Virus record (IMG/VR): IMGVR_UViG_3300036768_001340 | Location: 4,246-68,245 of that record | Source of the DNA: a virus | Reading direction: 5' to 3' (one strand) | Length of the DNA stretch: 64,000 nucleotides | Shown here: piece by piece, positions 29,000 to 37,962 of the stretch | How the letters are laid out: each line of letters opens with the position of its first letter | How positions within the stretch are numbered: the first letter of the stretch is position 1 | Translations under genes and position numbers: made by a program | Notes under the pieces: model-generated | What the model was told of the DNA's origin: nothing | The model's input: only the letters and a program-made list of their open reading frames with translations | Databases searched by the model: none

Positions 29000-30032
29000 C
29001 TAACCACCTTAATACATCGGCCCAACGCTGCTTTACAGAAAGTGCGGTGGTCGCAAGCTGGTTTCCCTGACGGGCGACCTCCTCACGATAATCATCATGT
29101 GAGAGGAGATAGTCGATCATGGTATCCAACTCGGACTCATCGCTAAAGTACGAGCAGTGCCAACCGTCAGTGAAATCATCCATCATGCCCGGATCGTCTA
29201 TTCTCTGACTGAGCATGTGAGAGCCGACGAACGGAATCTCGTATGCCCGCAACGTTTTACCACGATCAGCCGCCCCACGCAGGTTTAGACAGATCTTTGA
29301 TTGCTGCATGATCGTAAAGAGCATCTTCTTGGGCAAGAACTCCTCAAACGAGTCTGGGCGGCGCTCAAGATAGATGTGATTGCGTAGGTGCCCCCATCTC
29401 CTCTCAATGTGATCGATGAACCTCGCTCGATCGGGATGACTGTTGTAACCGACGAAACAGATATCAATGTGCTTCTCGGGAGGTTCCCCGGGCCTCTCCC
29501 AGTAGTGATCGAAGTTTGTCGACCAACGAATGTTTCCGACCTTGAACGGAAGATTCGCATACTCGGGATACCAGTTATCGAGGAGCATCGCCTGCAGCTT
29601 ATCACCGTAAAGTGATGCGACGAATTGAGGCGATTGGTTCCAAAAGCGATCATGGCCAGCAACCACGACGACCTTCGCATCGACCTTATCGAGCCCAAGC
29701 TCACGATACTTCTGGAAGCTCTCCATCCGCTCGTCAAGCCAGATTCGATCAATCAATCCATTGCCATCAAGCGCCTTGATCACCTCCTTATCATTCCTCA
29801 GGATGCCGGCATGTCGATCGTCCCAGACGTCATTCGAAAACCCCAACGTTCGACGTTCAAGCCCCCAGTCAGGAGCCCGTAACCCATTGATGACATCCCA
29901 CCACTCACGATGCTTGGGCTTATACGGGACATCGATCACACTCTCATACCCAAGATTCTGCACAAGACCGGCGAAGCACAGGTCGAGGGACCAATCGCCG
30001 CCAGCTCGAAGGTCAATCACAATCTCAGCCAT
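28989..30032 (-). CDS. Glycosyltransferase (Glyco_trans_1_2/CgeB-like)
   Basis: IDICFVG..HPDR, MQQSKICLNLRG..TLRAYEIP..G, REEVARQG. Confidence 0.8.
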   Translation of the reverse strand: MAEIVIDLRAGGDWSLDLCFAGLVQNLGYESVIDVPYKPKHREWWDVINGLRAPDWGLERRTLGFSNDVWDDRHAGILRNDKEVIKALDGNGLIDRIWLDERMESFQKYRELGLDKVDAKVVVVAGHDRFWNQSPQFVASLYGDKLQAMLLDNWYPEYANLPFKVGNIRWSTNFDHYWERPGEPPEKHIDICFVGYNSHPDRARFIDHIERRWGHLRNHIYLERRPDSFEEFLPKKMLFTIMQQSKICLNLRGAADRGKTLRAYEIPFVGSHMLSQRIDDPGMMDDFTDGWHCSYFSDESELDTMIDYLLSHDDYREEVARQGNQLATTALSVKQRWADVLRWLDGV

Positions 30033-30693
30033 CGAAGTCCTCAAAGAGATCCTTTGGGATTTGATCGAAGAAACACCTCATGTGTTCCAACCCGATGTTC
30101 GTCTCCCACGTCCAATGCAGCGTAAGCACCACATCACGATCCTTTCCCTCACCGATGAGGTGCATATGGGCATTCCTCTGAAGGAGCTCATCGGTACGAC
30201 CATACTCCAACGGAGACATGCTATAAATGAATCGACTTGAGCCCCTCACCATGTCCGGATTCGTCTCGGGTCCACTGGTGATCCAGACCATGGGAGAGTT
30301 AAGCAGGGCTGCATAGGTCCTACCGTCGATCACATTCCTCGGCGGCATATAGACCTGAACCTTACGACCGACAGCCTCCTGTAACGAGACATGACGTGAG
30401 AGCAGCTCCTCACGGATCTGCGTCACGGTCAACCACGGCTCAAACTGATTTCCGCCGTTCCTGTCAAGGCGCGCCTCGTCATGGTCCGTGCCATGCATCC
30501 CGATGACGCAATCTGTCTCGTCCCGAAGAAACAGGACATCGTCTATGGTACACCGATCAGGGATGACCCCAAGGAGATACCTCTTCCCACCAAGATGCTC
30601 CCTCAGACGTCTGTCAAACTCTCGAAAGGCGGCCAAGGTGTGCTGCGGCTCTCCTCTGGTTTGCGGAAAGTCATCCACCCGGACTCGAATCAC
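30025..30693 (-). CDS. Polysaccharide deacetylase-like (NodB/DUF2334)
   Basis: RVDDFP, MHGTDH, YMPPRN, LTLHW. Confidence 0.75.
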   Translation of the reverse strand: MIRVRVDDFPQTRGEPQHTLAAFREFDRRLREHLGGKRYLLGVIPDRCTIDDVLFLRDETDCVIGMHGTDHDEARLDRNGGNQFEPWLTVTQIREELLSRHVSLQEAVGRKVQVYMPPRNVIDGRTYAALLNSPMVWITSGPETNPDMVRGSSRFIYSMSPLEYGRTDELLQRNAHMHLIGEGKDRDVVLTLHWTWETNIGLEHMRCFFDQIPKDLFEDFDG

Positions 30694-31382
30694 GACGATA
30701 TCACCTGACCATCAAAGACCTCCCTCATCCGTCTAAAGATCGCCGGCTGGATCTTCTCAGGGATGAGATGGACGCCGTCTGTAGAGACATCGTCGTCATT
30801 AACATGCGACTGCCCAACCCAATGGACCCTTCCGTAGACATTTCCGAGGAGGGAACACATGGCCCGGACCCCGTCATTCACACGAATGTTCAGATCGGTG
30901 GCCTGTCGGACGTTCGGACCGATCGGCTGCCCAGGTTGTAGGAGGGTGTTGACTCCCTGCGGATAACGAAAACCATGATAGATGAACACGTTTCCCCTGA
31001 CCCTTCCGGAGAGGATCAGATCCTCCTCAACAAATCGCATGTATCTCGAGATGAGCTCGAGGACCTTTCCATGTAACATCGCGCCATCCTTGAAGTACCT
31101 GCCATTGTGATACCGAGCATCGACCTCGCCGAAGACCAGTCCGACGTTATCAACCCCGCCAAGAGAGTCGAGGGTGTTAAGGATCCTATTTCGAGCCCCA
31201 TGCCGACTGTTCGGATTTAAAAGACCGTACATCGTAGAGCCTGATAGTTCGTTGGCAATCGTATCGATCGTACGAATGTTGTGTTCGACGTAAGAGACGT
31301 TGTCAGCCGCAGCCCCGTGATTCACAAACGGAAAGAAGACCCTCCAGTGAGAGTCTCCGAAGACATACACGTCATGCGTCAT
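30690..31382 (-). CDS. SGNH/GDSL hydrolase-fold protein (esterase/acyltransferase)
   Basis: VFGDSH, FGEVDAR, DGVHL. Confidence 0.75.
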   Translation of the reverse strand: MTHDVYVFGDSHWRVFFPFVNHGAAADNVSYVEHNIRTIDTIANELSGSTMYGLLNPNSRHGARNRILNTLDSLGGVDNVGLVFGEVDARYHNGRYFKDGAMLHGKVLELISRYMRFVEEDLILSGRVRGNVFIYHGFRYPQGVNTLLQPGQPIGPNVRQATDLNIRVNDGVRAMCSLLGNVYGRVHWVGQSHVNDDDVSTDGVHLIPEKIQPAIFRRMREVFDGQVISS

Positions 31383-32407
31383 CCCTCAATCTCCTCTACA
31401 TACTGTCGCCAGCCCTGACGAAACTTCTCGATCGAGAGATACTCCTCAGCCACTTCCCTAGAAACATCTCCCATGACTGGGAGAAGATCAGGCTTCTCGA
31501 TAACCATCTTGACGGTCTCAACCGTCAATTCCGGTGACCTCTTCTCTCGAGGCATAGCCTGAAGGCCGCGGCGCTTTCTTACCGTCCAGACGAAACCAAC
31601 ATCATATCCTACGAAAGGAACTCCACAGGCAAGGGACTCAGCGACAAACATGCTATTTCCCTCGTAACCAGAGGGATGTACGACGATATCTGCAGCCGCC
31701 AGAACCTGAGCCTTTGTCCATGACTCATCATGACGACCTAAAAGGGCCTGGGCTTCATCCAATGAGAGGACATTGGCCTCCGAGATGCTATTCTTGAGCA
31801 GACTGATGTGATCCCAGCCCTTATTGACATTCCCCCTGTCATTCACTCCATGGATGATAAGCAGGCCATCCAAGCCAGTATCACGATCAGTCGGACGGAA
31901 CACCTCAGTGTCCACCCCGTTGTTGATCACCCGATCGACCTTGAATCCCCACTGCCGTTCCATCTCATTGGCAATGAAGTCAGAGACAGCCGTGATGTGT
32001 TTACCAAGATCGACCCAACGCCTTCTGAAGGCCACTTGGGCGGCGTGATGGTAGGGCATGTCGGGCTGCTTCCCAGCCTCCACGTCTTCCTTCGTGAGAT
32101 GGGACCAGATGCCGTGACTGTGGCTGATGGCATTTTCCAAGTGTTGGAGCCCATCGGCCCAAAACCCATCTGCGATGACCACGTCCGTCGGACGGATCTT
32201 CTTAGACTGGATCAGGTAGTGGTTCAGTGTTCGAGCCCTCTCCCATTCAGGGAGATGCTCCATCTCGATGCACCATGGAAAGTCCCACCAGGAGAAGTGA
32301 AGACACTCTCGGTCAGGAAATGCTGCATGAAGGTCCCGATTGAACTTCGGAACACCCCCTGGAGCATCCAAAGGAGTAAAAGAGACAGTGATGATACGAT
32401 TTGGCAT
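31379..32407 (-). CDS. Glycosyltransferase GT4
   Basis: PGGV, HSHG, AVSDF, INNGVDTEVFRP, KG, PSGYEG....AESLACGVP. Confidence 0.85.
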   Translation of the reverse strand: MPNRIITVSFTPLDAPGGVPKFNRDLHAAFPDRECLHFSWWDFPWCIEMEHLPEWERARTLNHYLIQSKKIRPTDVVIADGFWADGLQHLENAISHSHGIWSHLTKEDVEAGKQPDMPYHHAAQVAFRRRWVDLGKHITAVSDFIANEMERQWGFKVDRVINNGVDTEVFRPTDRDTGLDGLLIIHGVNDRGNVNKGWDHISLLKNSISEANVLSLDEAQALLGRHDESWTKAQVLAAADIVVHPSGYEGNSMFVAESLACGVPFVGYDVGFVWTVRKRRGLQAMPREKRSPELTVETVKMVIEKPDLLPVMGDVSREVAEEYLSIEKFRQGWRQYVEEIEG

Positions 32408-32425
32408 CGACTCAAGCGAGCGCTA

Positions 32426-32644
32426 TCACCTGGTATAGCCCCACAGGATCGGATATTCCCGATGACACTCCCAACCCATGCCACGAATATCACAGATCCA
32501 CGGCTTTTGGTGCATGTCCCAACAACGCTGGTGATACTCGCTGAGTGGTTGACAGTAGATTCCTGGTCCTAGGACATCGACTGGACGCATGGCCACCGTA
32601 CAGGACATCACGAATACCATGACTAAAGCAAGCAGAAACCTCAC
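32426..32644 (-). CDS. Small Cys-rich putative lipoprotein
   Basis: Hydrophobic signal ending VMSC; five Cys. Confidence 0.55.
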   Translation of the reverse strand: MRFLLALVMVFVMSCTVAMRPVDVLGPGIYCQPLSEYHQRCWDMHQKPWICDIRGMGWECHREYPILWGYTR

Positions 32645-33408
32645 CCCTTCACCCTCTCCTTGTCTGTATCGCTCTCAGGAAGCTCCCGACTGAGCCACGT
32701 GCTCTTATCGTATCCGGCGTGAACCACCAATCCAGGCATCACCAAGTTAGTGCGTCCAGACCTGCAGACTGAGTTCTCGTGATTTCGAATAAGCCACCAA
32801 TCGACGCCGCTTCCCATTCCATCGTTCGGTTTAGCACGGACCCTACCGGTCTCTGGATCAAACCGTGGGATCGGCATCATGCTGATCCAGTACTCCCGCC
32901 GGGCCATCATCTGAGACGCTCTAATCCAGTCCTTGGTGACCAGCTGCCTGCCTATGACATCCCTTACAGGATGCTCGATGCACTCGACTCCCGAGGCAAA
33001 CCCTAACCTCAGACTCTTCTCGTAGGCAAAGAACCTAGACGCTAAGATCGACAACCAATCCTTTGTGTAGAGGAGGTCATCCTGACACATCGTGATCAGC
33101 GGTGCCACCTTCGATGGATCACCGTGGGTCGGATGTCCATACCAGGTGTTGATCGACTGGATGTGTGCGATCGCTCTATTGATCGTCGGACCCAAACCCT
33201 CATTCTCGTTGGACATCAAGACGTAGTCGGCGCATTCATGGGTGATGCCCTTAAGATCATCGTCGATGTCCGCATTGTTACCATCAAAGCAGAGGGTGAG
33301 CCGAAACTCGTCTCGCTTCGTGTTCTTTAGGAGTGACTCAAGGGAGCGGACGGTCAACTCGTCCCTTCCAGGTTTTATCGTCACAAAGATGTCAGTGATC
33401 AGTCCCAT
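32641..33408 (-). CDS. Glycosyltransferase GT-A (GT2-like)
   Basis: SLESLL..T, CFDG, ENEGLG..INRAI, QDD....DWL, GVDW, VVHAG. Start at M15 of the track ORF assumed. Confidence 0.75.
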   Translation of the reverse strand: MGLITDIFVTIKPGRDELTVRSLESLLKNTKRDEFRLTLCFDGNNADIDDDLKGITHECADYVLMSNENEGLGPTINRAIAHIQSINTWYGHPTHGDPSKVAPLITMCQDDLLYTKDWLSILASRFFAYEKSLRLGFASGVECIEHPVRDVIGRQLVTKDWIRASQMMARREYWISMMPIPRFDPETGRVRAKPNDGMGSGVDWWLIRNHENSVCRSGRTNLVMPGLVVHAGYDKSTWLSRELPESDTDKERVKG

Positions 33409-33465
33409 CGTCTCAACTCTTCGTTGGACATCTCGACGACATGCTGCCAATGTCTCTAAGATCGT

Positions 33466-36400
33466 TCACACCCAGCCCCTCATGCTTGTCGGCGGCTCCC
33501 GGTCGATGGTGAACGTCTCGGCTTCATGGTGCTCACCGCCGCGCTGACGAAGCTCCTTAGCTTTCTTGAGGACATCCTCATCGGTAACGACGTCTGGAAA
33601 CCTAGGTTCAGGTGGAGTCTGGTACAGGACCTGCCACTGCTTATCCCAGAAGTCTCGGAAATTCCGCACCTTCCTGGGAAGGTCAGCCCAACTGTAGTGC
33701 CAGACCGACGGAAGCCTCCTAAAGATCTCATTCATGACCCGCCCATACTCCTGCGGAGACTGCTGACGCAGGGTGTCAAGTTCATTACTATAGAAACCAC
33801 GGTGCGGTAGGTGTTCGCCGGTCACGATATCGATCATCTCGCATCCGTCCGACATTCCCTTCTTGGCATAGAAACGACCCGTGTTTGGGTCCATGACCCG
33901 CGCATGGATGTTGATACCGTGGGTGATACGCAGGTTGTTCCTGCTGAGTCTCCATTTCCAAGAGTGTCTGTCGGTCCGAACCGTCCGCTGGTCTCCCCAG
34001 AGCTCGATCACCGGAAGGTGAATCACGTCCACATCGCTTGGAAACCTCTTACACATATCGACGATCTTCTCATAGTCGTCCTCATGGACGACCTCGTCGG
34101 CATCCTGTTGCCAGAGGAACTCCATGTCAGGAGACACCATGGCACGTCCGAAGGCCTTCTGCATGCCATCCATGCCAGGCTCGTCGGGATCCCACTCTCG
34201 AAGAATGACCTTCAGCTTTCCACTTTCGATCTCATCCTTAAAAGATCTTTCAAGTTCTTCACGACTATCGTCCGTTGAGCCGCCATCGACGACGATCACC
34301 TCATCGCAGAATCCTAGCATGCTCCCGATACTTTGGATGTATGGATAACCGTGGGTCTTGGGATTTAAGATGTGAGTGTACCCGGCAACCTTTGGTCGAT
34401 AATCCTGAAACTCGCGCCCCGATTCAACCCCACAGGCCTCTAGGACGCTTCGATACACATCTGCAGGTGCGATGTTGTTGATACAAGGATTCCCCGCATC
34501 GATCCTACAGACATCCTTGTAGCAGGCCTTCTCGCATCCATTGCGATCTGGGGTCTCAATGATCCTCAGGCGACGTGCCGCCTTTCCTATAGATTCCTTG
34601 TCAACCAAGAAATCAACATCTGAGAGAGACCTCAGCTTAAAGTCCATCGGACCCGTCGACCTAGGATACGAGCTTCCGAAGAGGGCGACGACAGGCAGCC
34701 CATAAGCCGAAGCGACATGCATCGGAAAAGAGTCGATGCCGACAAGCGCGTCACACTGCTCGAGTAGAAACACGCCGAGCTCATTATATCCGAGCTTGCC
34801 GCGCATATCCAAGTCGACATCACCGACAGAGATGTCGTCAGAGGCCCCGACCTGGACGACCTTGATGCCAGCCTCACGAATGTTCCTGACGACATCCTTC
34901 CAGTAGGAATAAGCCCTCGCAGACTTCTGCCCGCCAGAGTGTAGCGCCAGCCAGGGTCCGCCCTCAAGCTCATCCCACGAACGATCATCTTCGGGTAAGG
35001 CAGCCATCGTGGGCTTCTCTAGCCTGGTCGGATCGACGTTACATTGGACGGCAAATTCCTCGATCAGATTCCGACCTTTGCCCCCGTGGATCCAGTTGGA
35101 CCACGTCATCTGGACCGCAAGGTTCGGGGTGTAGACCTCGTCGAAGACATCCTCAAGGATGCCGACGTCCTGCATCCAGGGCTGCCATTCGATCACCTCA
35201 TCGATGAAGTCAAGCCCTTGAACGATGGGAAAATACTGTGTCGAAGTAGCGAAATACACCACGTGATCATGGTGCTTACGTTTTAGCTCGCGTACAATCG
35301 AGGTGCTGAGGAAGACGTCACCGGCAGACATCGGCATCGTATAGATGAGCGATTTCCCCCTTGCTCGCACCTTCCCACGCAAGGCAGCAATCAGGCTTTC
35401 GCGAGTAGCCGGCCTTGTGATCGAGGCCTCCTCACAGGCCCTCCTGACGAAGTCTACAAAGACCGCACCGGTGGCCTCAAGCGAATATCGACTATGGATG
35501 TGCTGTTGTAGTTCCTCAGCCCACTTCCTCGGTGTCTCAGCGCTCATCACCAACTTCTGCATCTTGGTGACCGCGTCCGACTCTCTCGGAACCGCCCAAC
35601 GTGATCCTTGACCCATGACTCCCGGCCAGATGCACTCTGGGTAGATCTCCTGAAGGTCTGCATCGACAGGAACAAAGAGCTTCTTCCCTTCCTTTGTAAG
35701 GAAGTCAACGTGCCCAGACCAGTCGGTGGCCATGACCGGAGTACCGCAGGCTGCAGCCTCGATCAAGGGCAAGCCGAAGCCCTCACCGTGGGTAAGACTG
35801 ACGGCGGCGATGACCCTCGGATCATTGTACACCGCAGCCATCTCCGACTCAGACATCCTGCCATGGAGGATGAAGATCTTTGGATACTCACCGCAGCCGG
35901 TACCCTGTTTAATGTCCGAGACCCTCTTCTTCGTCACCTCAAAGTCGACCATTGAGGCATTGACGATAGAGGTCTTCAAGATCAAACCGACGTTCTTGTT
36001 CCCTGCAAACGAACGACAGAACCATTCGACCAGCTTAGTAACGTTCTTTCGATCTCTACCGTCAGGCCTGTCGAGCCCCAGTCCACAAAAGATAAAGTTC
36101 TTTGCCGGAACCCCAAGCTCGTCGAGAAGACTGCTGGAGACGACCATCGGCTTAAAGACCGACGTGTCAACGCCCTCAGGGATTACAACGATAGGCTTCT
36201 CAAGACGAAGCTTCTCGCCCCGCTGTCCCTGGTACTCCACAGCAAACGAACGCCTAGAGTGCTCTGACGGGACAACGACGACATCGACTTCGTTATTGCA
36301 GGCGATCAGCCACTCAGGGGTGACGCGATCGGTCTCGATACCAGCGGTCACTCCGATCATCAACGGAGCCCGACGACGGAACTCGTTGGGAATCGTGACT

Positions 36401-36618
36401 TGGATGGCCACATCTGGATTGGCATGCTTCCGCCCTGTCAACTTCCTGATCCAAGCCAGTTCATCATCCCACAGGAATGGGGTCTCACCCCACTTAAGAG
36501 ACTCGACGGCGATGTCATACTCACCGGAGTCATAGAGGGCCTTGAGCAACTGACGGGAGTGAACGCCATATCCCGATGCGGTCAGCGCCGGGGCGATGAA
36601 CAAAAGCTTTCGCTTCAT
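33466..36618 (-). CDS. Three-domain glycosyltransferase fusion (GT4 + GT9 + GT2)
   Basis: SGYG/GEGFGLPLIEAAACG (GT4); SAGDVF/VGIDSFPMHVASAYG.P.VALFG (GT9); EVIVVDGGSTD/WQQDADEV (GT2). Confidence 0.85.
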   Translation of the reverse strand: MKRKLLFIAPALTASGYGVHSRQLLKALYDSGEYDIAVESLKWGETPFLWDDELAWIRKLTGRKHANPDVAIQVTIPNEFRRRAPLMIGVTAGIETDRVTPEWLIACNNEVDVVVVPSEHSRRSFAVEYQGQRGEKLRLEKPIVVIPEGVDTSVFKPMVVSSSLLDELGVPAKNFIFCGLGLDRPDGRDRKNVTKLVEWFCRSFAGNKNVGLILKTSIVNASMVDFEVTKKRVSDIKQGTGCGEYPKIFILHGRMSESEMAAVYNDPRVIAAVSLTHGEGFGLPLIEAAACGTPVMATDWSGHVDFLTKEGKKLFVPVDADLQEIYPECIWPGVMGQGSRWAVPRESDAVTKMQKLVMSAETPRKWAEELQQHIHSRYSLEATGAVFVDFVRRACEEASITRPATRESLIAALRGKVRARGKSLIYTMPMSAGDVFLSTSIVRELKRKHHDHVVYFATSTQYFPIVQGLDFIDEVIEWQPWMQDVGILEDVFDEVYTPNLAVQMTWSNWIHGGKGRNLIEEFAVQCNVDPTRLEKPTMAALPEDDRSWDELEGGPWLALHSGGQKSARAYSYWKDVVRNIREAGIKVVQVGASDDISVGDVDLDMRGKLGYNELGVFLLEQCDALVGIDSFPMHVASAYGLPVVALFGSSYPRSTGPMDFKLRSLSDVDFLVDKESIGKAARRLRIIETPDRNGCEKACYKDVCRIDAGNPCINNIAPADVYRSVLEACGVESGREFQDYRPKVAGYTHILNPKTHGYPYIQSIGSMLGFCDEVIVVDGGSTDDSREELERSFKDEIESGKLKVILREWDPDEPGMDGMQKAFGRAMVSPDMEFLWQQDADEVVHEDDYEKIVDMCKRFPSDVDVIHLPVIELWGDQRTVRTDRHSWKWRLSRNNLRITHGINIHARVMDPNTGRFYAKKGMSDGCEMIDIVTGEHLPHRGFYSNELDTLRQQSPQEYGRVMNEIFRRLPSVWHYSWADLPRKVRNFRDFWDKQWQVLYQTPPEPRFPDVVTDEDVLKKAKELRQRGGEHHEAETFTIDREPPTSMRGWV

Positions 36619-36626
36619 GGAGCCTT

Positions 36627-37625
36627 TCAGGGAAGGATGATACGGGAGCCAGTCCCCATCTTCTTCTCATACTGGTCCAGGACCTGGAGGCCCTGGTGGA
36701 GGTCGATCTGGGGCCTCCATCCCATGACGGAGGCGGCCTTGGCGTTGTCGGCCAAGGTGATCCTGGCCTCACCGAGACGCGGTGGGATGTACTCGACGAG
36801 GCGATCCCACTCCTCCTGGGAGAGATGACAGTCGTGCTTGCCGGCCACCACACGGGCAAGTTCATTGATGCTATAGTTCTTCCCGGTGCCGATATTAAAG
36901 ACACCGGTCGCCTCCCAATTCATCATGGCCATCATGTTGGCCCTTACAACGTCACCGACGAAGGTGAAGTCACGTCGTTGTTCGCCGTCACCGACGATCG
37001 TCATCCTCTTGCCCTCACGAAGCTGCTTGCGGAAGATGGCGATGACTGTCGCGTACCGCCCCTCCTCCTGGTGACGAGGACCGTAGACGTTGAAGTACCT
37101 AAGGCTGACGGTCGAGAGGCCATAGAGCCTATGGTACACATCCATGATCTCCTCACCCGCCTTCTTGCTCATCGAGTATGGGTTGAGGCAGTCCGTCGGC
37201 AGGTCCTCGTGCAACGGGATACCTTGGTCCAAGAGATGATCGCTTCGACGACCATAGGCGGAAGAGCTGGCTGAGTAAACCACCCTCCTGACTCCCATCT
37301 GCCGGGCGGCCTCGGCCACGTTGGCCGTCCCTTGGACGTTCGTCATGAACGAATGTAGAGGATTGGTGATCCCGGTCTGGATACGAGAATCAGCCGCCAG
37401 ATGGAACACACAGGTGACATGATCGCAGGCCCGTCGGACCAGATCAAAGTCCAAGATGCTGCCTCTAATGAAGTCGAACTTCCTGTTCCCGCTCCAACGT
37501 CTTAGGTTCTCGACCTTACCTTCCGAGAGGTCATCGAGGACCCTGACCTCGTGACCCAACGTCATAAGCTCATCTACGAGGTTACTTCCGATGAATCCGG
37601 CTCCGCCGGTGACGAGGACTGGCAT
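36627..37625 (-). CDS. NAD-dependent nucleotide-sugar epimerase/dehydratase
   Basis: VTGGAGFIGS, SASSSAYG, PYSMSK, LRYFNVYGP, GDGEQRRDFTFV. Confidence 0.9.
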   Translation of the reverse strand: MPVLVTGGAGFIGSNLVDELMTLGHEVRVLDDLSEGKVENLRRWSGNRKFDFIRGSILDFDLVRRACDHVTCVFHLAADSRIQTGITNPLHSFMTNVQGTANVAEAARQMGVRRVVYSASSSAYGRRSDHLLDQGIPLHEDLPTDCLNPYSMSKKAGEEIMDVYHRLYGLSTVSLRYFNVYGPRHQEEGRYATVIAIFRKQLREGKRMTIVGDGEQRRDFTFVGDVVRANMMAMMNWEATGVFNIGTGKNYSINELARVVAGKHDCHLSQEEWDRLVEYIPPRLGEARITLADNAKAASVMGWRPQIDLHQGLQVLDQYEKKMGTGSRIILP

Positions 37626-37954
37626 TATCCGCGAGTCTCCGCAATAACATCGGTTGACCGCTCGGCCTGTTCCTTCTGCCGAATGACAGCCATGATATTT
37701 CGGGCGCTCACCATCGTAAAGCTCTGGTTTCCAACGCGACCTTCTACGGCACCGATCACATCGTAAAACACCAGATCACCGACCGAGAATGACCTAGCTT
37801 CATCACAGTCATCCTTAGCGACTATCTGTGCCAATCGATGCTGCTTAGCCAATGCATTGCTCGGAGCAATAATGATGCCCTCCTTACCGACCCTCTCATC
37901 TTCTTTGACGGGATCGATCACGACCCACTTGTTCGTTGGTCTCAACTCAAACAT
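37625..37954 (-). CDS. groES: Co-chaperonin GroES/Cpn10-like
   Basis: LRPTNKWVVID.....GIIIAP.......IVA.......VGDLVFY...........V...NIMAV; AGGAGGA RBS before ATG at 37954. Confidence 0.7.
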   Translation of the reverse strand: MFELRPTNKWVVIDPVKEDERVGKEGIIIAPSNALAKQHRLAQIVAKDDCDEARSFSVGDLVFYDVIGAVEGRVGNQSFTMVSARNIMAVIRQKEQAERSTDVIAETRG

Positions 37955-37962
37955 CGTTCCTC

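Noticed and set aside
25150-36535. Long plus-strand ORFs antisense to the glycosyltransferase genes (e.g. 25150-26133, 31808-32572, 35726-36535)
   Set aside because: Mirror frames of the real minus-strand genes with no motifs.
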